NCBI GenBank assembly: GCA_963805975.1
Contig: CAWDVR010000004.1
Span: 480,001-544,000, forward strand
DNA length: 64,000 bases
Direction: 5' to 3'
Origin: an uncultured Acidobacteriota bacterium
Lineage (GTDB): Bacteria; Acidobacteriota; Thermoanaerobaculia; Multivoradales; SZUA-115
Shown here: in pieces, positions 29,131-37,151 of the stretch
How the letters are laid out: the number at the start of each line of letters is the position of its first letter
Numbering within the stretch: the stretch's first letter is position 1
Translations under genes and position numbers: made by a program
Notes under the pieces: generated by a model
The model's database searches: none
Told to the model about the DNA's origin: nothing
The model's input: the letters and a program-made list of their open reading frames with translations, nothing else

Positions 29131-32100
29131 ATGAAAGTTCGTGGAATCTTGTTTGGTCTGCTCGCGCTGGCTTTCCTCACCGCCACCCTGCCGGCTGCCG
29201 CACAGCTCGGTCCGGGTCCCTTCGCCGCCTTCCCGACCTCGGACGAGACGGACGGCCGCTTCCTGGGGTTCGGTTGCCCGGGTCTCCAGACCTTCGAGTC
29301 GGGGGTCTCGATCACGCTGGCGGCACAGCCCTCCGAGACCGACTTCACCCTGAGCATCTTCGACGGCGACTCGAGCGGTTCGGATCCGTTCGGTCACTGG
29401 GACATCGGCGACCGCCAGCTCCTCTACAGCCTGTACTTCGACCCGTTCCGCCAGGGGAACACCAACCCCGCGGACCTGGTGGGCCAGTGGACCGGCAACG
29501 CTCCCAACCCGCCCACCAACCCGGTCCCGGACCCGAACAAGCAGTGGACGACCTCGGCCGCCACCATGCCCGACAACGACTGGTGGGGCGTGACCATCCA
29601 GACCTCGGCCCCTGCACAGGCGATGCCGGGCGCGAACTTCTTCTACCACCTGCGGATCGACGCGGACGGGACCTGCGCCCCGCTGGAGCTCCTGGAAGCG
29701 AACATCAAGGTGGCGGCCTCGGCGCCCCTCAACTTCGCGGCGCCCCGGTTCGCCTTCGTGGCGGCGCTTCGGCAGCTCGAGGACATCGGGGTGATCTATC
29801 CCGGCGCTCCGTTCCCGGACCTGCCGGGCGGCCGTGGCTACATCGACGAGCCCACGACCAACGACGGCACGTTCCAGTTCGCGCTCAACATCCCGCCGGG
29901 GGCCACGACGCTGAACCTGTATGACGGCGACTTCGATCACGGCACCGACCCGGTGGACAATTTCGGGATTCCCTCCGGCGTGCCTCTGAATCCTTGCATG
30001 GACCTGGACGATCCGGACACGCCGGCGGACTACGGCAACTTCCCTTCCGGTGTAGGGACGGCGGGGGCAGACCCCGAGGGCGCGGTGCCCTTCGGCCAGC
30101 CGGCCGACGACGTTTCCTTCGACATCTTCCGCCGCGGCGAGCCGGCCTCTGCGGACCGCCTCGGCTGCGTGCGTTACGAGATCACGGATCCCGACGGCAA
30201 CGTCTACGCGAACAACAACCCGTCGAGCAACGTCGAATGGGAGCAGTTCCGCATCGTCAGCCTGAACGATCCCGACGCGGGCGACCCCAGTCTGTACGAC
30301 CACCTGGCGCCGACCCCGTTCCTGACTCCCGGGACCTGGGACGTGCGCGTGGTCGGCCTCGACATGTCGAACCTGAACTTCTGGTTCGCCGAGTTTGGCG
30401 TCTGCTCGAGCCTCGAGAACCCGCAGTTCTTCATGCCGCTCGACTTCGAGAAGAACGGTTTCGGCAACACGGTCGCCTCGGGGGTGGTGGTGGCGGAGCA
30501 GTGGGCCAACCTGGGCATCCACTTCAGCACCAATGACCCGGTCAACCATCCGATCAAGACCTTCGACTCGGCGTTCCCCTTCGCCCTCGAGCTGGACCTC
30601 GGCACTCCCAACGTCGACTTCTTCGGTCTGGGGGTCGGCGCCGGTGGCGGCGCCGGCCAGCCGGGTGAGAACCGGGTGCCGCAGCGCAACATCCTGGTGA
30701 TCGCCGACAGCCCGGAGGCCGACGGCAACTACGACGGCGGCGGCGTGATCATCGTGACCTTCGACTCGCCGCGCCAGCTCTCCGCCGTGGAGCTGCTGGA
30801 CATCGAGGAAGCGGGCGGCACGGTGCAGGCGTTCGACTCGCCCGTGGGCGGCTCGCTGCTGGCCTCGGCGGCGATCCCCACCCGCGGCGACAACGGCTTC
30901 GTCTCCGTCCCCCTGGTCTCTCCAGGCGTGCGCCGCCTGGAGATCACCTTGGTGGGCGAGGGCGGCGTGGTCGCCATCCGGTCGGGCCAGGCGTTCACCC
31001 CGTCCTGCCCGCCGCCGGTCTTTGCGCTGGGCGACACGGTGTTCTACGACGACAACGGCAACGGCACGCAGAACCCCGGTGACGACGGCATCGCCGGCGT
31101 GGTGATGGAGCTCCTGGCCAACGGCAACCCGACCCCGATCGCGTCCGCGATCACCGGTGACACGGCCAATCCCAACTTCAGCAAGTGCCGGAGCCTGAAC
31201 ACCGGCCTCGACGAGCAGGGCCTGTACTGCTTCCTGGTGCCGTCTGGCGATTACACGGTGCGGGTGGCGGCCTCGAACTTCGCTTCCGGCCAGCCGCTCT
31301 TCGGCCTGGGCTCCACCACCGGCGGCGAGACCCAGACCAACACCGTCAGCAACGCCAACGTCATGACCTACGACTTCGGCTACCGCGGCACCGGCTCGAT
31401 CGGCGACCGGGTGTGGCGCGACAATGACGGCGACGGCGTGCAGGACGGCGGCGGCGAGACGGGCATCAACGGTGTGACCGTGCGTCTGCTCGACGCGGAC
31501 GACAACGTGATCGACACGCAGGTGACCGCCGGCGACGGCGGTTACCTGTTCAGCAACCTGGGCCCGGGCGACTACACGGTGGAGGTGATCCCGGCGAGCT
31601 TGCCGGCGGGCCTCGATCAGACCTACGACCTGGATGGCGTCGGCACCCCCAACAGCGCGGCGGTGAGCCTGGCGGCGGGCCAGAACCGCACAGACGTGGA
31701 CTTCGGCTACCGCGGCACGGCCTCGATCGGCGACCGGGTGTGGCTGGACCTGGACGGCGACGGCGTGCAGGACGGCGGCGGTGAGACCGGCATCAACGGT
31801 GTGACCGTTCGCCTGCGGGATGCGGGCAACAACGTGATCGGTACGCAGGTGACGTCCGGCGACGGCAACTACCTGTTCACCAACCTGGCCGCCGGCACCT
31901 ACACGGTGGAGGTGGACTCGACGACCCTGCCGGCGGGCTTGGCGCAGACCTACGACCTGGACGGTCTCGGCACTCCGCACCGCGCCACGGCGAGCCTGGC
32001 GGCGGGCCAGAACCGCATCGACGTCGACTTCGGCTACAAGCCGGCGACGCCGGTCTGCACCGCCGGCTACATGAAGGACACGTTCACGACGGCGAGCTTC

Positions 32101-34236
32101 TCGAACAACGAAGGCACCCTGGCGTGGAGCGCCGCGTGGATCGAGAACGACGTCGCCGGCGCCGGTCCGGGCAGCGGCAATGTGACGGTGGGAACTCCGG
32201 TATCCGGGTACCTGATCCTGCGCGACAGCCCGGACACCGGCACGCAGCCGAGCGCGGCGCGCGAGGCCAATCTCTCCGGCTTCGCCTCGGCGATGCTGTC
32301 CTTCGATTTCCACATCCGTGGGGTCGAGACCGACGACGCGGCGGTGGTGGAGGTTTCGAACAATGGAGGCGCTTCCTACACCGTTCTCGAGACCTTCACC
32401 GGCCTGACCGGGACGACCATCAGCTCGCGCAGCTACGACATCACGGCATACAAGGCGAGCAATACGCGGATCCGGTTCCGGATCAGCAACCTGTACGGCG
32501 GCGATGACGATTTCTTCAAGCTCGACCTGGTCCGTATCGACGCCACCTGCGTGCCGCCGCAGACCGGTTCGGTCGGTGACCGGGTTTGGAAGGACAGTGA
32601 CGGCGATGGCATCCAGGACGGCGGCGAGCCGGGGATCAACGGCGTCACCGTCCAGTTGCTGAATTCGGGAGGCACGGTCGTCGCGACGCAGGTGACCAGC
32701 GGCAACGGAAACTATCTGTTCAGCGGCCTCAACGCCGGGACCTATTCGGTGCGTGTCGTTTCGAGCACCGTGCCGGCTGGCTACTCGCAGACCTACGACC
32801 TCGACGGCACGGGCAGCGCCCACATCGCCAGCTTCTCGCTGGGCGCGGGACAGAATCGCACCGACGTCGACTTCGGCTATCGCCCGGCGCCAGTCTGCAC
32901 CGCCGGCTACCTGAAGGACACGTTCACGACGGCGGGCTTCTCGAACAACGAGGGCACGCTGAATTTCAACGGCTCGTGGATCGAATACGACGTGGCGGGA
33001 GCGGGTGCGAGTAGCGGCAACGTGACGGTGGGAACTCCGGTCGCCGGGTACATGATCCTGCGCGACAGCCCGGACACCGGGACGCAGCCGAGTGTGGCGC
33101 GCGAGGCCAATCTCTCCGGCTTCGCCTCGGCGACGTTGTCCTTCGACTTCCACATCCGTGGAGTCGAGGCCGACGACGCGGCGGTGGTGGAAGTTTCGAA
33201 CAACGGGGGAGCTTCCTACACCGTGCTCGAGACCTTCACCGGCTACACCGGCACCACGATCAGCTCGCGGAGCTACGACATCACGGCGTACAAGGCGACC
33301 AATACGCGAATCCGGTTCCGGATCAGCAACCTGTACGGCGGCGATGACGACTTCTTCAAGCTCGATGTGGTGCGCATCGACGCCGCTTGCGTGCCTCAGA
33401 CTGGATCGGTCGGCGACCGGGTGTGGAAGGACAGCGACGGCGACGGCGTCCAGGACAGCGGCGAGACGGGCCTCAACGGGGTTACCGTCGAGCTGCTGAA
33501 CTCGGGCGGCACGGTGATCGCCACCCAAGTGACGAGCGGCAACGGCAACTACCTGTTCAGCGGCCTCGCCGCCGGCACCTACAAGGTACGGGTCAAGTCG
33601 ACCACGGTGCCGTCGGGCTACACCCAGACCTACGACCTGGACGGCACCGGCACGGCGCACCTCGCGACGTTCACGCTGGCGGCGGGACAGAACCGCACCG
33701 ACGTGGACTTCGGCTACAAGCCAGCGCCGGCGTGCACGGCGGGTTACTTCAAGGACAACTTCGGCACCGCCAGCTTCTCGAACAACGACGGCACGCTGAG
33801 CTGGTCGGCGGCGTGGGTCGAGTCCGACAGCGCCGGCGCGGGAGTGAGCAGCGGCAACGTCACGGTGGGGACGCCGTACAGCGGCTATCTGATCCTGGAC
33901 GACAATCCGGACACTGGCACGCAGCCGAGCGCGGCGCGCCAAGCGAACCTCTCCGGCTTCGTCACCGCGACGCTCAAGTTCGACTTCCACACCACCGGCG
34001 GTACCGACGCGGACGACGCCGCGGTCATCGAGGTGTCGAACAATGGCGGCGCGTCCTACACCGTGCTGCAGACCATTACCGGACTGACGGGCACGAACGT
34101 CGGCTCGAAGACCTTCAACATCTCGGCCTACATCTCGAGCAACACGCGGATCCGGTTCCGGATCAGCGCCAACTATGGGGCCGCGGACGAGATGTTCAAG
34201 GTGGACACGGTGCGGATCGACACCACTTGTCCGTGA
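29131..34236 (+). CDS. Giant secreted/surface protein (1701 aa) with five SdrD B-like domains and three Cys-bracketed ~165-aa repeats
   Basis: SD GAGGAGG, signal peptide MKVRGILFGLLALAFL..AAA; GD(R/T)V(W/F).D.(D/N)G(D/N)G.Q...DFGY repeats; C-TAGY...ID..C domain three times. Confidence 0.88.
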   Translation: MKVRGILFGLLALAFLTATLPAAAQLGPGPFAAFPTSDETDGRFLGFGCPGLQTFESGVSITLAAQPSETDFTLSIFDGDSSGSDPFGHWDIGDRQLLYSLYFDPFRQGNTNPADLVGQWTGNAPNPPTNPVPDPNKQWTTSAATMPDNDWWGVTIQTSAPAQAMPGANFFYHLRIDADGTCAPLELLEANIKVAASAPLNFAAPRFAFVAALRQLEDIGVIYPGAPFPDLPGGRGYIDEPTTNDGTFQFALNIPPGATTLNLYDGDFDHGTDPVDNFGIPSGVPLNPCMDLDDPDTPADYGNFPSGVGTAGADPEGAVPFGQPADDVSFDIFRRGEPASADRLGCVRYEITDPDGNVYANNNPSSNVEWEQFRIVSLNDPDAGDPSLYDHLAPTPFLTPGTWDVRVVGLDMSNLNFWFAEFGVCSSLENPQFFMPLDFEKNGFGNTVASGVVVAEQWANLGIHFSTNDPVNHPIKTFDSAFPFALELDLGTPNVDFFGLGVGAGGGAGQPGENRVPQRNILVIADSPEADGNYDGGGVIIVTFDSPRQLSAVELLDIEEAGGTVQAFDSPVGGSLLASAAIPTRGDNGFVSVPLVSPGVRRLEITLVGEGGVVAIRSGQAFTPSCPPPVFALGDTVFYDDNGNGTQNPGDDGIAGVVMELLANGNPTPIASAITGDTANPNFSKCRSLNTGLDEQGLYCFLVPSGDYTVRVAASNFASGQPLFGLGSTTGGETQTNTVSNANVMTYDFGYRGTGSIGDRVWRDNDGDGVQDGGGETGINGVTVRLLDADDNVIDTQVTAGDGGYLFSNLGPGDYTVEVIPASLPAGLDQTYDLDGVGTPNSAAVSLAAGQNRTDVDFGYRGTASIGDRVWLDLDGDGVQDGGGETGINGVTVRLRDAGNNVIGTQVTSGDGNYLFTNLAAGTYTVEVDSTTLPAGLAQTYDLDGLGTPHRATASLAAGQNRIDVDFGYKPATPVCTAGYMKDTFTTASFSNNEGTLAWSAAWIENDVAGAGPGSGNVTVGTPVSGYLILRDSPDTGTQPSAAREANLSGFASAMLSFDFHIRGVETDDAAVVEVSNNGGASYTVLETFTGLTGTTISSRSYDITAYKASNTRIRFRISNLYGGDDDFFKLDLVRIDATCVPPQTGSVGDRVWKDSDGDGIQDGGEPGINGVTVQLLNSGGTVVATQVTSGNGNYLFSGLNAGTYSVRVVSSTVPAGYSQTYDLDGTGSAHIASFSLGAGQNRTDVDFGYRPAPVCTAGYLKDTFTTAGFSNNEGTLNFNGSWIEYDVAGAGASSGNVTVGTPVAGYMILRDSPDTGTQPSVAREANLSGFASATLSFDFHIRGVEADDAAVVEVSNNGGASYTVLETFTGYTGTTISSRSYDITAYKATNTRIRFRISNLYGGDDDFFKLDVVRIDAACVPQTGSVGDRVWKDSDGDGVQDSGETGLNGVTVELLNSGGTVIATQVTSGNGNYLFSGLAAGTYKVRVKSTTVPSGYTQTYDLDGTGTAHLATFTLAAGQNRTDVDFGYKPAPACTAGYFKDNFGTASFSNNDGTLSWSAAWVESDSAGAGVSSGNVTVGTPYSGYLILDDNPDTGTQPSAARQANLSGFVTATLKFDFHTTGGTDADDAAVIEVSNNGGASYTVLQTITGLTGTNVGSKTFNISAYISSNTRIRFRISANYGAADEMFKVDTVRIDTTCP
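32056..34233 (+). repeat. Intragenic tandem repeats of ~840 bp (Cys-bracketed domain plus SdrD B domain)
   Basis: Units start at TGC 32056, 32896 and 33733; units 1 and 2 are nearly identical at protein level. Confidence 0.9.
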
Positions 34237-34248
34237 TTGGGTGTCTGT

Positions 34249-34545
34249 ATGTCCAGCGTGAAGGAGCCGACGATCTTGGGACAGTTGACCATCCCGCCCT
34301 CTGTTCTCTTCCGAGACCTGGGCGGGGAGGCCGTGCTGCTGGAGCTCGAGACCGGCTGCTACTTCGGGCTCGACGAGATCGGGACCCGCATCTGGCGGCT
34401 GATCGAGAAGCACGGTGAGCTGCCGCGCGTGGAGCGCGAGCTGCTGGAGGCCTACGAGGTGTCGCCGGACCATCTGGCCGGCGACCTCTCCGCCTTCGTC
34501 CGCTCGCTGGTCTCGCGCGGCCTGCTGAGGGCCCATGAAGCGTAG
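34249..34545 (+). CDS. PqqD-family RiPP recognition element (lasso B1/E protein)
   Basis: GGEAVLLELETGCYFGLDEIGTRIW..I...LL.AYEV....LAGDL..FV.SL.SRGLL. Confidence 0.92.
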   Translation: MSSVKEPTILGQLTIPPSVLFRDLGGEAVLLELETGCYFGLDEIGTRIWRLIEKHGELPRVERELLEAYEVSPDHLAGDLSAFVRSLVSRGLLRAHEA

Positions 34546-34963
34546 AGCCCGCGCCTTCTTCTCGCTGGCGAGCGAAGAGCGAGACGTCCTCCTCGAAGCC
34601 TGGTGCCTCCTGCTGCTGGCGGATCTCGCCCTGCGCTGGCTGCCCTGGAGGCGGGTCGAGGGGCTGCTTGCACCCGCGCAGGGCTCCAGTCGTCTGACGC
34701 TGCTCTCGCCGGCACGGCTCGCCACGCTGGTCGAGATCGCGGCCCGGCACCATCTGGTTCCCATGACCTGCCTGCGGCGCGCGCTGGTGCTGCGCCGGCT
34801 GCTCTCGCGGACGGGCTCGAGCGGGGCCCTGAGACTCGGCGTCCGCCGCGAAGCGAACGAGCTCCTGGCCCATGCCTGGGTGGAAGTGGGCGAGCGGCCG
34901 CTGGGGGATGATCCTCAGGTAGCCCTCCGCTTTGCCCCCCTCCTGCCCGCTCACAGCGCGTGA
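34535..34963 (+). CDS. Lasso peptide B2 leader peptidase (transglutaminase-like Cys protease)
   Basis: TCLRRALVL...LRLGVRR...LAHAWVEVG (Cys-His-acid triad). Confidence 0.92.
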   Translation: MKRRARAFFSLASEERDVLLEAWCLLLLADLALRWLPWRRVEGLLAPAQGSSRLTLLSPARLATLVEIAARHHLVPMTCLRRALVLRRLLSRTGSSGALRLGVRREANELLAHAWVEVGERPLGDDPQVALRFAPLLPAHSA

Positions 34964-35042
34964 GACGAGTGCTAACAGTCGCCGGAGCGCTGGATCGAGC
35001 CTGCGACGCGCTCAGCTCGTTTTAGGAAGCAGTATTTTGTAA

Positions 35043-35077
35043 TGGTATGATACCGGCGGTCTGCGAGCCGGCGGTAT
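35043..35077 (+). promoter_or_regulatory. Extended -10 promoter (TGgTATGAT) with an overlapping inverted repeat, upstream of the precursor gene
   Basis: TG-n-TATGAT at 35043-35051; ATACCGGCGG-N8-CCGGCGGTAT at 35050-35077. Confidence 0.55.
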
Positions 35078-35152
35078 CCGTTCAGGCTGGCTACGAGTCG
35101 CTCTGTAGAGACTAGAGAGATGAAGCTCCAGCGGCCCGACCTGAGAGACACC

Positions 35153-35341
35153 ATGAGAGAACACGAGAAAGCGAATCAGGAAGGCGGTGGCACGCGGTCT
35201 TCCGTGCCCGCGGGCGAGCGGCCGCCGCGGCGCGCCTACAGCCCGCCCCAGCTCGTGGTCTATGGCACTCTTTCCGACCTGACCCAGGCCTTGGGCGTCC
35301 TTGGCCGCGACGGGTTGGCCGGCTCTCGTCCCCGTACCTGA
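35153..35341 (+). CDS. Lasso peptide precursor (A); predicted core ALGVLGRDGLAGSRPRT (35288-35338)
   Basis: Leader RRAYSPPQLVVYG (YxxPxL) with Thr at -2 (LTQ|A); Asp8 as ring acceptor; alternative start at 35120. Confidence 0.88.
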   Translation: MREHEKANQEGGGTRSSVPAGERPPRRAYSPPQLVVYGTLSDLTQALGVLGRDGLAGSRPRT

Positions 35342-35367
35342 ACCCCGTCCTGTCGCCACGAGCCCCG

Positions 35368-37149
35368 TTGCCAGGGTCCCTGCCACGGCAGCCTCCGCTG
35401 GCGGAGGGCGCCACGGCGGGCGGCTCCCACCCGCTGTCGCACGCGTGGCTGATCACCTGGGATCCGCACCATAATCGAGTCCGGGTAGGCTCCTCCGAGC
35501 CGTCGAGCCCCACTGCCGCGGATGCCACCTGCCTGTGGTGCGCAGGCTGGGTGGCGAATCGACCGGCGTTGAGCGCGAGGACCGGCCTCCCCCTCACGGC
35601 GACCGCTCGCGAGCTGGTGCCGGCGCTCTACGCCCGCGAGGGGCCCGAGGCGGCGCGGCAGATCGCCGGTGACCTGGCCTGGGTGCTGTGGGACCCTCGG
35701 CAGCGGCTTCTCTTCGCCTGCCGCGACCGGCTCGGAAGCCATCGCCTCCTCTACCGGGTGGTGGCCGACCAGATCCTGCTCTCTGGAAGCGTCGGGCCAC
35801 TCCTCTCCGACCCTCTCGTCCCTGGTCCGGGCTCGACGATCAATCTCTCGGCGCTCGTGGCGCACGTGCAGGGTGACGCGCTGCCGCCCGGGGAGACTTT
35901 CTTCAGCTCGATCCAGGCCGTCGAGCCGGCGACCTGCGTGACCTTCGGCGGCACGGCCGAGATCCGCCGGCGCTACTTCTGCCTGGCTGCCCAACCGCTG
36001 CTCGAGCTGCACAGCGACGCCGAGTATGCGGAGGCCTTCCGCGACCGGCTGCGGGAAGTGGTCGCGGACCATGCCGAGCCGGGACCCCTGGGCCTCACGC
36101 TGTCGAGCGGGCTCGACTCGACCTCGATCGCCGTCGCGCTCTCCGAGCTCGGCCGGGCCTCCGACGTGACCGCCATCACCTGGGTGACCCCGGGGCTGCC
36201 GGCGGCGGACGAGAGCGCGGGCGCCCGGGCGGTGGTGAGCCGTACCGGCCTCGGGCACCTGGAGATCCCGGCCGATCGACACTGGCCGCTGGCGACCGGC
36301 ATGGAGCTGGAGCCCCCCGCGGAGGGGCCGCCGCTGACGCTGTTCGGCGGGCTCTGGGACGTCACCTACGCGCTGGCTCGCGAGCGGCGGATCTCTTCCC
36401 TGTGGACTGGCCTGGGGGGGGACCATCTCTTCGGCGGGAACGTCTTCTCTTACCCGGATCTCCTGCTCACCGGCCGTTGGCTCGCGCTCGCGAGGCAGCT
36501 CCGGGACCATCTGCCGCGCTCGGAGTTCCGGCCCGCGGAGGTGCTGCGGTCGATGATCGTTTCCCCGATCCTCCGCTCCTACATGCCTCTGCCGCGCTTC
36601 CGCCGGGTCCCGACCGTGCCCTGGCTCACGGCCAAGGGGCTGGCCCTCTACCGCCCGCAGCGGCCCACCGCTCCGCGGCGGCTCCTGCCCGGCCGGCGCC
36701 AGCGGTTCGAGGCCCTCACCGAAGCGGCCCTGCCGCGGCTGGTGGAGGACCAGGCGGCCGCGGCGGCGCGCCATGGCGTGACTCTGCGGCATCCCCTGCT
36801 CGATCCGCGCCTGCTCGAGCTCGCGGCGAGCCTGCCCACCGACCAGAGCTTCCGCGCGGCTCGCCGCAAGGGGATCATGGTGCGCGCCATGCGCGGCCGG
36901 CTGCCCGACGAAATCCTCGACCGGCACGATAAGATTTATCCCACCGCGCTCGCCGAGCGCGGCCTCAAGGAGCGGGAGACGAAGAAGGTCTGGAGCCTGA
37001 TGGACAATCCGCGGCTCGGCGATCTGGGCCTGATCGAACCCGCCTCCTGGCGGCAGGCCTATCGGCTCTACCTCGATGGCCGCGAGGACTCCGACATGTT
37101 CTGGCACACCCTCACCGCGGAAGCCTGGCTGCGGCTGCACGGCGGCTGA
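35368..37149 (+). CDS. Lasso cyclase (asparagine synthetase B-like, C protein)
   Basis: RDRLG, LSSGLDSTSI PP-loop, TGLGGDHLFGG, HPLLDPRLLE; no N-terminal MCG glutaminase Cys; start uncertain. Confidence 0.88.
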   Translation: MPGSLPRQPPLAEGATAGGSHPLSHAWLITWDPHHNRVRVGSSEPSSPTAADATCLWCAGWVANRPALSARTGLPLTATARELVPALYAREGPEAARQIAGDLAWVLWDPRQRLLFACRDRLGSHRLLYRVVADQILLSGSVGPLLSDPLVPGPGSTINLSALVAHVQGDALPPGETFFSSIQAVEPATCVTFGGTAEIRRRYFCLAAQPLLELHSDAEYAEAFRDRLREVVADHAEPGPLGLTLSSGLDSTSIAVALSELGRASDVTAITWVTPGLPAADESAGARAVVSRTGLGHLEIPADRHWPLATGMELEPPAEGPPLTLFGGLWDVTYALARERRISSLWTGLGGDHLFGGNVFSYPDLLLTGRWLALARQLRDHLPRSEFRPAEVLRSMIVSPILRSYMPLPRFRRVPTVPWLTAKGLALYRPQRPTAPRRLLPGRRQRFEALTEAALPRLVEDQAAAAARHGVTLRHPLLDPRLLELAASLPTDQSFRAARRKGIMVRAMRGRLPDEILDRHDKIYPTALAERGLKERETKKVWSLMDNPRLGDLGLIEPASWRQAYRLYLDGREDSDMFWHTLTAEAWLRLHGG

Positions 37150-37151
37150 GG

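Noticed and set aside
31000-34236. Repeats as a CRISPR array or DGR template/variable region
   Set aside because: Repeats are long, in-frame protein domains with mostly synonymous differences; no cas or reverse transcriptase gene.
34249-34545. PqqD as part of PQQ biosynthesis
   Set aside because: No pqqA/B/C/E nearby; flanked by B2, precursor and cyclase genes.
28924-34764. 1946-aa minus-strand ORF
   Set aside because: Antisense shadow of the giant repeat protein in high-GC DNA; no recognisable motifs.
35368-37149. Housekeeping asparagine synthetase
   Set aside because: No N-terminal catalytic Cys and a degenerate glutaminase domain; lasso context.
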